Source of the DNA: Chlorokybus atmophyticus
Lineage: Eukaryota > Plantae > Mesostigma and Chlorokybus algae
Assembly: GCA_009103225.1 (NCBI GenBank)
Contig: RHPI01003369.1
Span: 1,285,490 to 1,349,489 of the forward strand
Reading direction: 5' to 3'
Length of the DNA: 64,000 bases
In this document: one piece after another, positions 14,503 to 33,311 of the stretch
Layout: each line of letters starts with the position of its first letter
Numbering within the stretch: the first letter of the stretch is position 1
Program-made: the position numbers and the translations under genes
The notes under the pieces: model-generated
Databases searched by the model: none
What the model saw: only the letters and a program-made list of their open reading frames with translations
Told to the model about the DNA's origin: nothing

Positions 14503-16531
14503 GTAGTAGTATTGGTAGGGGTAGTTGGTAGATAGCATGCAGGCGCATGCCTTAGCCCGGTGGTCAAGTTGGTGAGTGGTTGTTGTGGGGTCTCTCTACA
14601 TATAAATGTAAAACACACAAGAGTACCTAAAGCAAACTCTCAAGTAGGATAGAACGTGCAAGCGCGCAAGCAGTCCAACCAAGTCACAAGCATACACACA
14701 TGCAATTACGTGGGGGGCCCAAGCAGAGTTAGATATAACTAACGACCGCAACAAAACGACCATTAGACCCTCAAGCAGCAACTCGAACGGAAAGTGTGCG
14801 CAAGCAAGCATGGGGTAGGGTCACCACCTGACCAGATCGCAGGGAGAAGGAGAAGGAGAGGTTAGACCGGTAGTGAGGCCTTGAGGTGCATGCACGACGC
14901 CGACGACAACCATGACAATTGCTTGGCCCCCGCCTATGAACTGCAGCCGCCACAGCTTGTGTCTTCAGCCGGTCCTACCATGCTGCACCTGCGTGAAGGT
15001 TTAAAAAGACCTCTCATCAGACCGTTAGCCCAGTCAAAGCCTGCATGCTAGATGAGTTGGCCAAGTCATGACTCAGCCACACAGCGTGTACCAGCGACGG
15101 GCATGACCCAGCTGTCATGTGCAACGCATGTGTAACCAATGGGCTTAGCAGCCAGCAACATGCATGGACCTTGACTTACATGCGGGCAGTGAGACTGCTC
15201 CCCGCACTGAAGCTTACCTCACTTACCTGTTTGTCGTTGTAGGTGCAGCTTGTAAACGCTTGAACAGCAGCTGGTAGAGGTAGACGTACAAGCCATCAAT
15301 ACCCCATGCCCCTCTGTCTGTGCATCCACCAGCGCAACTTCCGCAATAGAGCACTCTGGGCATAGCCTTCTTTTGCATAGCGGTGGGCAATGCCACAAGG
15401 TCAACCAGAAATGTTATATTATGTTAAACGGTCACACAAGGTCCAAGTGTCAAAGCCATAACGTCAACACGGCAACGCAAATTTTAAAAACCATCACAAT
15501 ACGAAGACACATCTGCACTATGCAACTATGCCCGCTAGCGCGCATCAGCTGCGTAGGTCTCGAATCAAGAGCACTGCCACGTCAGACAGGGTCGTCATAG
15601 GAGCAGATCACGGTGGAGGCCGACCCGGAGCTGCAAACACACACACGGCCGTCGTCGCTCTCTCCAACAGAGCCACGCCCCTGACAGCCCGCTGTAGTGC
15701 ACAAGCAATCCGATGCCTATAAACATGGACATACACGAACCCGGACATCGACGACTGCTAAGGGAGTGCGCAATGCATGTTGCACCCCAATGCGCTTAAC
15801 CCCAACCCTGCCGACAGCGTAGTGGACGACAGTACAGGCGACGACGAGGGTGTGGGCGAGGGAGATGGCGGAGGAAGGGGGAGTCCACGTCTGCATGTTG
15901 CTGTAGTCGCTGTGGATGCGGCAAGGCCGCTGATAAAGACACATGCGCAGGTGACTGCAGTTGCCATGCATACATGCATGCATGTTTAACAGGGGGGCAA
16001 TAGTGGTAGAATTAGAGGTAGTCTGTGGGCAGCATGTAGGCGCCTTGCCCCCATGGTCGATGTAGTGAGTGGTGTTGGTTGAATTGCATGTGCATGTAGG
16101 TTGGCATTCCCTCTTGCATCTTTTGTACTTACTTGTCGTATGCAACCCTTGATGCTGGACTACACGACGCGCGCAGGCAGTAACCAGCTCGTGGAAGGAA
16201 GCTCTCAGGGTGCTGAACGTCTCTCTTGCCAAAGGAAGAAACTTGTTGTTGTGGTTGTGGCATTGTGTCATGTTCACACAGATCTGCATGTGCGAGTGTC
16301 TCTGTGCATCTTTTGTACAAGCGTAGGCAAGCATTTGCATCTGACTGCTGGTGTCGCTTGCTGTCACTACTGCGCCAACAGCACTGCCAATGTCATGCAC
16401 TTTCAATTTCTATCACAAATCTATCAGTAAACAGCAATTCAGCCAAGCAATAAATTCAAACAACTACAAGGTTTGCACGAAAGCACCGACACTACCTACG
16501 ACCGCATAGTACGAACTGCCTCTACTGCCAG

Positions 16532-18878
16532 TCAACTTTCATCCTCATTCAGCTTCCTGCCAATCAGAAATGCCGCCAATCCAAAGTAGGGCACGTACTT
16601 CATTACCTTCCAAGCTCCCATCTTTGCATCATCTTGCGCTCCAATCAGCCACGCTTGGAATATGGCATAGAGCACCAAGTCGTATATGAACGCGTACGCA
16701 ACGCGGTCGGTTGAGATGAGGTGAATGAAGTAGTCCCATCGCGCGGCGATGTCACCGAAATTGCCATCAGGCCGTCCGTATATCGCCCACAATAGGCTCA
16801 CGACGCCGATGATGGCACCGACCAAGCCGACGTATTTGGCACCAGAAACCATGAAGCTCAACCTGAGTGTATGGCGCACACAACCAGCGTGTGAGCGAGG
16901 TCTTGCAGAAGGTTTGTTTTGATTATGCACTCACTAGGAAGCGCATACACATGGTGTTCGAATATGCAACAGTACACGCACAAGCTTGCATACAGCAACA
17001 GCATTTGTACACTCGCCCTGGTACACATACAATGCACGCATACAATCTCCAATCTGCCGTGCACATAGTCACATGTCTACTTGGCAAGCAGCATGAACCT
17101 GGAACATATCTCACCTCTTGGGCGCTTGTTCCGACTTTGTGGGTTGCGGGTCCAGCCGCGAGGCCATGTAAGGCATAAGGAAGACTGTAAACAGGCACAC
17201 GCATCAGTGTTGCTGATGCTGCACTAGTAATCCATGACATGCGTTGCAACACCGCTGTACCATTGGTCAGGAACAGCTGTCCAAACCACAGGAGCTCCAA
17301 GTTGAAAGGCGACCGTTTGTTGCGGCGGTCGCTGAAGAGAAGCGGCGCAAACATGATCGAGTAGGCGTTGATTATGTTGAAGAGGGCTTCATCTGTCTGT
17401 CCACAAGGATGTCTGAAGTCAGAGTGATGCATCAGGTGCATGCACGCTGCGTTGTGCACGCACGCACACATACGCAGCCACACGTGCACGCGCTTGCGTT
17501 CAGTTGTTACATATTCTGATTTTATGTGACAACTTGACAACTTCACAACAACGCGAGGATGCTTACGGGATGTACAACGGGCGCGTCAACAAGTCCAACT
17601 GCACAACAAGCCACAGATCAGTTACCAATTGCTTCTTCAATCAGACCAATCAGACCAACCCAATCAACATCAAACGTGAGAACAAAGACTGCTTTTGCTT
17701 ACTCGCGGGCACCTGCGCTGAGTGCGGGCATGACATAGAAGAAGTTGAGCGAAAGCTCGCCTAGCCTCTGCACAGTCTCCCACTTTATCGCCCACACCGC
17801 ATCACCCTGCAGCACGAGACCTTTTTGTATGTGTGTGATGCGACCATAAAAGTCAAAAAACAAGCCGCATCAAACAAGAGATTGTAAACCCAACAGCTTG
17901 TGTGATAGAGTATGTATCTCACTCACAGGGGCCCATGGGGAGAATATGAGGTAGCCCAAGTACGCAGCTGTGGCGGCCCACAACCCGCGCTGCAGCAGTC
18001 TGTCCGCGCTTGATGGTGATGAGGGTGGGAGTTGATTCGTCTCAAAGTCCCTTTGCTGCTCTGCAGTAATGTTGTCCTCTTGCATGCCAGCTGGGCACAC
18101 GGGAACAAGTCGGTGTGATGTTGCCAAATGTGCATCGTGAAGCAAAGTGAACATGTGTGGTTGCTATATACAGAGTGGTGTCCTTAAGTCATGGAGGGCT
18201 CAATGTGAATGTGCGCATGCTCAAGCATATGTGTTACCAGCGACTTGCATCTGAAAGCGCGAGCGGCATGCACCGTACCAACAACACAGCAAATAGTCCG
18301 TGAGTCCAAATGCAAGTGTCAACGATCTTAGAAGAGACTGGTAACAACCGTTCCATCTGGTCCATTCACACCTTTTCCCCAATGTGTGCTGTGCGTTGTT
18401 GTAACTGTTGCAGCTTGGGCGAGGACAAGTTTGCATAGCAAGAAGGGCGACTCCAACCAAGAAAGGCAACGCCCACTTGGAAACTCGCCAGCATACATGC
18501 ATGTAAGCTAGATGCCAGTCACGCACTTAAACCAAGCAAACGGTAGCAAGAACAACGTACAACACCACAAAAGAATAACCTTGCTGCATGCGCTCACGCA
18601 ACAAAGATACAATTGCATGCTGAGTTACCCTTTTCGCCAGGTGTCGCATTCGGATTCTGCGCCAGCGTCTTCCTCACTCTATGCTTGTTTGACCAAACCC
18701 CAGCTCCAGTCAACGTGGGCTGCGGCCCTGTGTTTGGCTGAGCACGTCTCCACATGCGCCTCTGTGGTTCCGCGCCCGCCAGCTTGGGGACAACGCTCCT
18801 CCTCGCCTCGCAGCGCAGCGTGCTGACGGCGCACGGCGGCGGCGCCCAGACCGCCGACGCGGTGGCGACGCACGCCAT
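16532..18878 (-). CDS. Conserved uncharacterised plastid-targeted multi-pass membrane protein
   Basis: Transit-like start MACVATASAVWAPPPCAVSTLRC, then exons AAYLGYLIFSPWAP/GDAVWAIKWETVQRLGELSLNFFYVMP, ALFNIINAYSIMFAPLLFSDRR..LELLWFGQLFLTN, FLMPYMASRL and ISTDRVAYAFIYDLVLYAIFQAWLI. It resembles a plant protein family of unknown function recalled from memory. Confidence 0.8.
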
Positions 18879-19178
18879 CGCCGCCACCGCCACCGCCAAA
18901 GACCACAACCACAATGTTAACAGCAATGCGCATACCAAGTCGCAAACCGGTCGAGAATCGAAATACAACCGCCCAACCTGCACGTACAGCGGACAATACT
19001 CGTGCTAATATGCCGGTCATAACCGCTACGGGACGGATGCTTGTGCACCTAGCCAGACACAATCCTAGAGTTGCTTTCTTTCCGGCGGCGGCGGCGGCGG
19101 CGTGAGCGGTGTGGTCATCGTCGTCGTTGAGGGCGTGCGTGGCAGGGTAGTGTGGGAAGCGTGATTTGGCTTGCTGGT

Positions 19179-22100
19179 ATGGCGCAGTCGGCGCTGGTTG
19201 CTGCGCATGCCAGCGGGCTGGTGGCGGTGGCGCTGCACACCACCATACGCGTGTTCGACACAAGGTGATAGAAGCCAATGCACAAACAAAAGTCCGCGTC
19301 GTTTGAGAATATTGATAAACCATTTTTTACGTATGTGTACATGTGTACAGAAAATGCAAGTGATCATGATACATGCAACATGCATGACACATGCATTGTT
19401 CACCAAGCTCATCATCATGCATTGAATATTTACCACCGGGGTCTACCTACCTTAGCCACACGTAACTATTGTAACTACTGCCTTAACCCCCATCAGACAT
19501 ACATGCATTTGGTCATTACCTGTACACAAGGCGCCTGTGCTTTGCCTTCCTGGTAGTTGCAATGTAGAGTGCTGATGATGATACGCTTGGCCTTTGGACA
19601 AATAACAACAGAGAGCACCAACGCACGAGCACACATGCACGCGCTTACAGACGAACACAGTGTATTGGCAATTCAAGACCACTTCCTGACCAACGATGCT
19701 ACGACTTGCTGTTTCTACTCAAAGTGCCCCCACCATACTGATGCCAGTAGCAAACCTTTCAATTGCGTAGGTCAATCTGAGTTCCTTGCACGTACATGCA
19801 TGTGCACGCATGCATGCACACGCACGCCCTCACGCAAGCCCACGCGCATGTTTGACACGCACTCACGCCCCCCCCACATACACACGCGTGTGCGCGCCCC
19901 CGCACGATCACGCACCCTCCCACCCGCATGCACTCGCACTCGTTCTTACACCCACCCACGCCCTCACCAACACGCACGCGCAGGTCGGGCATCAGCGAGA
20001 CTCTCCCGCAAGCCCACACGGACACCGTCACCGTGCTGGCATTCAATGAGGGCGACGACAAACATCGTGTCCTCCTCGCCTCCGCAGCCGATGACAAGAG
20101 CGTGCGAGTGTGGGAGTTGAGGCAAAACGACAACGATGACAACGATAGTCGAGATAGGGAGGAGGATTCATCGGTGGCGTCCTCAAGTTGGCAATGCTTG
20201 GTCCTTGCGTAAGTAGACGCTTGCAATGTTACATACCACACTCGCCGAAGCGTGTGAGGCAGCAGACTATGTGTATGTAAATGCTTGAGAATTGATGTGT
20301 GCACATTGCGCGTGCGCGCGTGTGGGTATACGAGTGTGCGCGCACATGTATATGCATGCTTGCGCGCCTGTGTGTACATGCTTGCCTAGGTGCGTGCGCA
20401 TGCGCACCTACACCTCATGCTTGCAGGAAGCAGCCAAAGCGGCCGAGCGCCGGCGCGTTTGTGCGCGGTTCGCGCTGGTTTGCTGTGGCCGACAAGTTCG
20501 GGATGATCTACGCAATCCCGACAACAGCAGCAGCAGACAGGTATGGCGACGCCGTAACGGTGATCGACAACGCCAATGCGTCGGCATTGCTGGGACACTG
20601 CTGCAGCATCATCACCGACCTGGTGAGAGAGCCACACGCACACACACAACATCCACATAAACACATCACAACGCAGTGCCACGCGGCTGCTGTTGTTGTG
20701 ACAGCAGCTGGTGCAGCAAACATGGTGTGTGGCCTACCCACCTCACAAGTATCAAGTTTTGTGGTTGCATGTCCGTGTGTGTGTAATCACAAACAGCATG
20801 CCTCAACATCAATTGTTGTCTCTTTTGCAGGCGGTTTCTCCTGATGATCGCTTGTTGGTCAGCTGCGATCGCGACAACTTCATACGCGTACGTGCTCAAT
20901 GGTTTGCACGTGTTGTTGAGTTGACACGAGCAGCACATATATATATGTGCCTGTCGACGACAGTTGTTCACTCTTTGCAGGCGAGCGTCCTGCCGGATGA
21001 CTTATCGCACGAAGCGGGTGCACCGGAGATACAGAGCTTCTGCTTGGGACACTCGAGGCAAGCGTTGCACGTGCGTGTGTATGTGTGTCAATGTGGGTGT
21101 GCGCGTGTGTGGGTGTGCGTGAAAGTGCGTGCGTGCGTGTTTCGTGCGCGTGTGCAACCAGGTTACATGTAAGTGATACTATTCACAAGTGGTGTCGGCA
21201 ATGACGTATGGTTTGAAGCATGTCGTATGCATTGCCAGCATGCACATGTGTCATATTGTTGTACAGGAGGAGAAACAATTGCAAGATGCACAGCAGTATG
21301 CGTCGTTGCACAATCATGTATGTATGTACAATACTAACATTGTCATGTTGTAATCTGCAGCTTCGTCACGGCGGTTGCATATATCAAGTCGAGACTAGTG
21401 TCTACCAGCGGCGATGGCACGGTATGTGACTACTCATGTTGTAGCAATGCACTCTTTGCACTGCACTGATGGGTGCAATCGCTAATGATCCCGCGACTCC
21501 TATCCGATGCATTCAAAGAAACTGTCCGGTTTCATACATGTGAAGCACTTTGTACTTCTGTAGGTGAAGCTATGGAACTGCGAAGACGGCGAGCTGCTCG
21601 ACAGCCTGTCTCTAGCGGTACGCAGAATTCATACGTGCACACGTCAAACGGGTATATGCTGTGTTTTGTTGACTGTTTTGCTCATGAGGCTTTGTTTGTG
21701 ATGGTACGCAAAATAGCATGCCGCTGATGAAGAACGGGACGGTGCTGCGCCGGTTGTCGCGCTCGCGTCGTGTTCGAGTACCAGCACCGTGGCTGTTGTG
21801 CAAGAAGGGTGAGACGCCGATGCACAGCTTTGCACGGTGTTGTGTGCGCGTGCACGCGCATGCGGGCGTCATGTGTGCCTGCGCATATGGGTGTGCATGC
21901 GATGTGCATGCGTGTGTGCGTGTTGCGCACCTTGTGTGCACCAGCGTCCAAATGTTGTTGTTCTGTTGGTTCTCATGCAGGCAGCAAGCAGTGAGGTTCT
22001 TGCGTGTGGATACCGACGCCGGCAAGCTTTACAACCAACATGTAAGGCGCACGCAGGCAGTGCCCGTTGGCCAGTACACCAAAGAACACACAAACCACTC

Positions 22101-22513
22101 ATATGATGTGCGCGTGCGTGCAGACAATTGCACTGCCCAAGGGGATGCCACCCCCAACAAGCCTGTGCTTCTCGCCCTCATCAGCTCGACTATGGGCTGT
22201 ATGTGCAGAGCGATTAACAACAGACTCATGTTGCGTGCGAGTTGCAGCATTCGACTCAACAGAGTCTTCATCTATCCATCTTGTCGATGCGGCCAGTTTG
22301 CCCGAAGGCTTGGTTGAGTGCTTTGCGGAGGGCGTGAAGGTGCCTGAGAGTGGTGGTGTTGGAGATGCGGCGGGGGGTCAGCGCACAAAAGCTTCTGATT
22401 TGAAGAAGAGGAGTTATACCCAGGGTGAGCGCGAGTTTCGCAAGCAGCGGCGTAATGATAAGAAGGCTCCTAAGACAGCTTACGGAGGAAAGAGGAAAGG
22501 TGGCAATAAGTAA
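19179..22513 (+). CDS. WDR4: tRNA (guanine-N7)-methyltransferase non-catalytic WD40 subunit
   Basis: Motifs LASAADDKSVRVW, AVADKFG, LLGHCCSIITDL, SPDDRLLVSCDRDNFIR, IQSFCLGHSSFVT and SGDGTVKLWN are characteristic of TRM82/WDR4. One GC-AG intron at 21058-21360. Confidence 0.9.
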
Positions 22514-23757
22514 TCAAGCAGTTGCTGTTTCATCTTGTCTCAAACGCGTGGTTCCGTGTTATGAGGATGATGGGCTGAGTGTATTCGCATCATTGAGGTT
22601 TCAACAGTGAGATCGGTGGGATGGATGAAACCTGTTTTGATTTCAAGAACAACAGGTTGATGGTACAAGCAAGTTCAGCATCACCTTGCCTGATACAATC
22701 CACCACACCAGTGCAAGGATGCCTGTGCACAAATGCGGACCAACAAGTTGGTAACGACACGACGTCATTGTCCCCTCCAGTTAACTACTGAGTTATCTAT
22801 ACTTATGGACAAGAACACATGTGGTCGTACATGCAGCAGAATATTCAGGTGCGTGTAGCATGCTTTGTGATGCATGATGTGAACATGCATGTTGTTAACA
22901 GCCTCGTGCTTATCCTGTACACGCTTGCGTGCTGCTTGGTATGCTGCTGTTTGTGTCATGCATGTTTACAACCGAGCATATCCTGTATACTTATGTGTGA
23001 TGTACACATATGCATCGATTTGTGTACAGCACCAGTCACTTACAAGCTCAGTCAGGCAGTCATCAACTCCACTCGCATACCACCGGATACAAACCACACG
23101 ACACTCGCAGCACACCATATACGCACTCGTGTGTGGTTGCTTGTTGCTATTGGTGATGTGCTGGTGTACTTGTATGTCGGAATCCTCTCTCTGACCCTAT
23201 GCAAACATTCCCAACACATTACACTCTTACCACAATATGCCACACTCTCCATACAGTCACGCATCATCCACAGGGCAGGACCCACTCATGCTGGTATTGG
23301 TAGCGCCCACACATGGTGCTCACATGTCTGCTACTTCAGGTGGCAGTTGCAGGTAAAAATAGTATTCTGACTTCATGGATGTAGCCGCAAAACTTGGCAT
23401 CCCTAATGTGACCATGTACAACCCAAAGACTGACTGACATGGATTGGCCTAAATCTGTGTTAGCTTGGTCTGTGGCCTGCTGGCGTCTTGGCTAGCTAGG
23501 ACACCTGCGTCCTCTATGCTACCTTGCGCTCCATCGCAGCAATGCGCATACAAACAAACAACACACATGCACAGATGCACTTCAACAACAGAACCAAGGA
23601 AAGGTCAGGAAACCATTCACGGAGAGGTAATCCAAATTCATGCATTCGCACTCTTTACCAACCTGTCCCTTCGCTTAGACTAGTAATCACTAAACATGCT
23701 CACCACAACAACAGGTTGTGGATGTAGTGCGCATGGGGCGCAAACAATGCGTCAAAC

Positions 23758-26144
23758 TTACTCCCCGCCGGACTCCTCCTCGGCATCCTCAAGCCACTTG
23801 ATGAATGGCTCCAGCGCCTTGACAAAGACCTGCCTGCCCTTCGGGTTGCTGCCCTTGCGGTACCAGAGCGAGATACTGTCCTCTGATAGCACTTCCATAT
23901 CATACAACAAGCGGATAATCTGCAGCAAAAGACGACGAGGATTACCTCAAACCATAAAACCTTACAACTAGCAAGGGAACAGAAGTTGAGATACAAGTCG
24001 ACACATCCGCAAACACACTTACATCTGGAAACAGCTTCATCAGCTTGGCATCCTCATAGCAGTACATCTGCAGCTTGTAAAGGAGATCCATCTCCAGCTT
24101 GCCCGTGGTGCAGTAAGGGCCGAACAGCCCGCCCCACGCCTTCACTTGGCGAAGAGCCAGGTTGGTGTTCTGCTGCTGGTTCTTACCTGACCACTGCACA
24201 GCGTCCATGACAGCATCCCACAAGTTCTTGACAATGTCAACATCTTGCAGGCCGCCCTCCTTCTTCTTGGCCTTGACCAGGTCGGCAACATCTTGAAACG
24301 CAGCTCCTTCCCTGATTGTTGGAGCGCATGGTCACATGAGGAAAACTCCAAGAGATATATGTAAGAGGCTGACATGACCAACAAGACAACACTTACGAAA
24401 CTAGCTCGGTGACGGCGCTGCGCAATTCCTTCAGAGCAACATCAAACACCTTCTTCCTGTTGTACTCCACCAGAGGCTCAAGACCTGACCGCAAAGCATA
24501 TATCAACAAATATGTGATACGACATGAGCATCATGCTCTTAACACAGGCAGACTATGTCACTCCTGCGTCAGCTTCATGCACGCATTGCATATATGGGCA
24601 CCAAGTCATCTAAACAGCGTGCTCACCAGCTTGTTGAAAGTGAGCGGCAAAGGCCTCAGGGCTTCGCTTGGCCTGAGGGAAGAAGTCAACCAGGTTGTCC
24701 TCAACCTTGGCACGGCGCAGCAGGTTTACAAGTTCATCCAAAGATGTATCCGCGATGTAAGCCTTGAACATGGCTGTTAAGAACTGCAGGATAGAGCCCT
24801 TCTGCACCATGGCATCGTTCTGCATGCACTGGAAGATCGGCTCCGGGGGCAGCTGCAATGCAATTGAATGGTTACCACCAACTGAGATTGAAAGCAACCA
24901 TGAAGCAGGAACTACGCAGCTGCGTCATTGGTGCATGGCAGGGAACAAACAGTTACGATGGTCAACATGGAGCACTGACTTACCCCAACTTTCTGTGAGA
25001 ACACGAGAGCTGCAACGACCGCCAACTTGTTTCTTTCCTCCGCCTGGTAGTGCTCCAGTGACTGCATGCACACACCACGAAAAGGTGAACATCAGCAGAA
25101 ATCACAACCTCACAACACAGTCAGAAGTAATGACGACTGCAACCAACAAGCTAAGAAGCTAAGCTGGGGGTACCTGGATGAGCTTGCACAGCATATTCTC
25201 AAGGTTCTTGATGAGGAATGGACGGCGTCTGCCAATTTGCAATCACAGATTTGATAAACGCATGCTGCAGCCTCCGTCACGTGTGGGCATGATGGCACGC
25301 ACCTGATGATTTTCTGTACCATGGTGACATAGGGTTGCAGACTCTCCTTGTTAGAAGGCGCGTTGATGATCTGCATGTAAAATCCAATGTTAGCACGCAG
25401 AAGTTACCTCCAGATTACCTCAAGCAACGACAATATGATGATGAACACAGTGTGAACAACACCAACGAGCATGATATGCTGATGCATTCACACTGCAACT
25501 CACAGCGAACGGCTGAATCGCGCTATCCTCGGCAACTCTTCCTCCACTGGACATGCGCCCGCCTGTGAAGATGACCTTGTGCACGCAAGGAGACTCGTAA
25601 GCACCAGAAGCAGTGCCCATGAGTGTGAACCTTGCACAGCAGTGCACACGCGACCAGTCAGTACCTCGAACAGGGTGTCTCCATAGCGGCTGAAGTCAAG
25701 ATCCGTGCCCTCTATGGCCTTGCTAATGTTTTCCTGCAATGCAGAGCAAGGGTCACATGTCTTGCCATACACGCAACTGTACAGCACCAGTGTTAGAGTG
25801 TGCAAGCCATTCTAAGCTACAGTGATAAACATTTTGTGCGTGTAGGTTCGCAAAGTTGTCATGAAGGAGAAAGCAAAATCTCATCACGCACTAGATCTGG
25901 CTTGTCGTCTTGGATGTTCTCCAGATAGATTTGGACGACAGCATCTGCAAACGAAGACGGGTCCGACGGAACGGCGATGTTTCGCTTGCGGGTCTTGATC
26001 CGCACGCCGCTGTCGAAAGAACACGCAAAAAGAGCGCACGCAAACACTTTCAACGCAAAGCTCAAACAGTTCTAAGCTACCAACAAGCGATAGCAATGCG
26101 TCTTACCCCAAAACCGGCTTCTCCTTGGTCGAGCTGCCGAACAT
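23758..26144 (-). CDS. BZW: Basic leucine zipper and W2 domain protein (eIF5-mimic protein, 5MP)
   Basis: N-terminus KEKPVLGGVRIKTRKRNIAVP, then DFSRYGDTLFEV and a C-terminal W2 domain LYDMEVLSEDSISLWY..FIKWLEDAEEES. Confidence 0.93.
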
Positions 26145-26387
26145 ATCAAACAACGCAGCAGGTCAGTCTATGCGGATCGAGCAAGAGGAGATCACCAAAG
26201 CAGCTCCACTGGCCACCCAACAATGCCATCAACCTCCAGAATGGCTCAGCGTCCAACTCACCTCATAAACCTTTGTCTAGGTAGATCCGGCACCGGCCGC
26301 AACCCCTCTTCTGGCAAGCAGAAGGGTGTCAGCCTCTTACTGCTCCTTCTCCTCCGCCGCCGCTTCCTTGTCCGCCGCCGCTGATAG

Positions 26388-26395
26388 AACCCTAA
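26388..26395 (+). promoter_or_regulatory. Telo-box-like motif AACCCTAA in the BZW/TIM10 divergent promoter
   Basis: aaccctaatt at 26388-26397, with a G-box ccacgtgg at 26447-26454. Confidence 0.45.
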
Positions 26396-26608
26396 TTGAC
26401 ACAAAGCTCAGTTAAAACCGCTTAGGCCATAAACGGTTAAGCAGTGCCACGTGGACTTCCCAGTTACACTTTCGCATCAGTTAACAGCAGTTCAGCCTTA
26501 GGCGGCGGCGCTGTTGCTGTCGTCGGTGTTGTGGGTTGTTGGCATTGTTGTCATCGCTGTGCTTGTGGTGTTTTGATTGTGGTCTCGGGGGGCTTGGACG
26601 TGCTCGGT

Positions 26609-27676
26609 ATGGCGGCTCCGGGCGGCGGGGGACTCCCGCAAGGCATGTCAAAAGAGCAGGTGTGAACGGCAACTTGATGCACCTGCTTGTTGCTGCTTCA
26701 GCTGCTTTCTTGATGGCCACCTGTGATAGCAGTGCCAGAGCAGCAGGCCAGCAGCAACAGCTGCTCTGTTGTTGTCGCAGCTTGGCTGCAGTTTTGTTGC
26801 ATGCACGTGCATGCTTGTGTGGTTATGCTGCACAGTACCGGCAACGGTTGTTGTCACAGTGTATCGCTTCCACTCGACATTGTTTGGTGATTGGATATTG
26901 TGCTAACAGCGTTGCATTGCATTTAATTGCGCGAGCGGTGCAATTGCATATGCTCAGCGTTTCAATCGTATGCTACTACCAAAGAGGCTGTACAGCTATG
27001 TTGCCTGCATCTCACAGTGTGCATGAAACGCATGCAAGCGTGCGATGGCCCTAACACCGTCGTGGTGTGCAGCTGGTGATGATGGCCCAGCAGGAGATGG
27101 AGTATAGAGTTGATTTGTTCAACAGGTGGGTAACCAACTGCATGATTGAGGTGGTTGTACTTAGAGTGTACATATAAGTGGCAAAGCACTCAATGTGTGT
27201 CCCATCACGTCAGATCATCACGTCGTTCTGAACATGTACAAGAGAGAAGTATAATGTCTCACTTTGCGCAGGTTGACTGCAACGTGCTACGACAAGTGCA
27301 TAGAGAGAAGGTGCGATCCCATACAGGCTAGGCTCGAGCACGTTATATGTCATGCTTGTTACAACATGTCGGCACATTACAACCTACAGCTCGCGACGTG
27401 CATGGTGTCAACAGGTATAAGGATGCGGAAATGAACGTAGGCGAAAGCAGCTGTGTGGATAGGTGTGCATCCAAGTACTGGCAGGTATGTAAATGACATG
27501 AGATACAAATATAGGCAGGGTTGATTTGCACCATGTGCAGCTCCCATGTGTGCATGCAGCTGATGCGAGCAACCACTGGCAGTTATGAGCTTTTTGTTTT
27601 GACTTTCGTATGTCTGCAGGTGGTGGGCATTGTTGGGCAGTTGTTGGGCGGTCAGATGATGGGCAGCCAAAGATGA
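26609..27676 (+). CDS. TIM10: Mitochondrial import inner membrane translocase subunit Tim10
   Basis: Five spliced exons give MAQQEMEYRVDLFNRLTATCYDKCIERRYKDAEMNVGESSCVDRCASKYWQV, with a twin CX3C motif. Confidence 0.93.
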
Positions 27677-28359
27677 GATCGCATGCACAGTGTACAAAGT
27701 ATGCAATGCAGCGCAGTTTAGCACACGGGTTTCATTGTTCTTGGGTGCACAATTTTGGCTCAATTAGTCACACGTGGGGTTAATGCATGCCCACGCGAAG
27801 GGATCTGATACAGCCTGAAGTGAAGGCTTGGGTGTTTATGCACAACGCTTACAATCTTGCTTGTTCGATGCTCTGCGCTGTTTGCCAGCCCTGGTGATGC
27901 CTTCATGTGGCCTGTTTGCTGCTCAGTCTGTACTATTTTTCCATATCTCATCTGTCAGCATTGAAGCCGCGTCTTTCGAGGGATAGCACGACCTGACATG
28001 ACAAGTTAACTCCACATGGAACACAAGCAACACAGGCACAGTGAAAATGTCCAGGGTATGAACATTTCGCATTATTGCAAGCAAACCAAAGAGTGTTTGC
28101 ATTACCCTTGCAGAAATCCTTTGTTGTATATATCGGCAATAGCTTGACTTTACAAGTTGAGAGAGACGCACAAGTTTGGTATGCCTTTTTCATCTCTACC
28201 CTATGCCATGATGACAATGGGACTTGATTATGCCTCAGAGTAGCCATCGCATGTTCAAGCTAGTTGCGTAGATGCAAGAACTTGGCTTGAACTAACTTGC
28301 ATGGCACTGACACACGCAACCATGTGCATCAAAAAGGAGGAATTACTCTGCCCAAGCGA

Positions 28360-33311
<4,952 letters not shown>

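Noticed and set aside
19010-19101. Alternative upstream first exon for WDR4 (MPVITATG..)
   Set aside because: It is phase-compatible, but the ATG at 19179 gives an N-terminus resembling plant WDR4 (ALVAAHASGLVAVALHTTIRVFD), so that start is preferred.
22020-22030. Apparent GC donor (GCCG|gcaagc) in WDR4
   Set aside because: The frame is satisfied by the canonical GT donor at about 22052.
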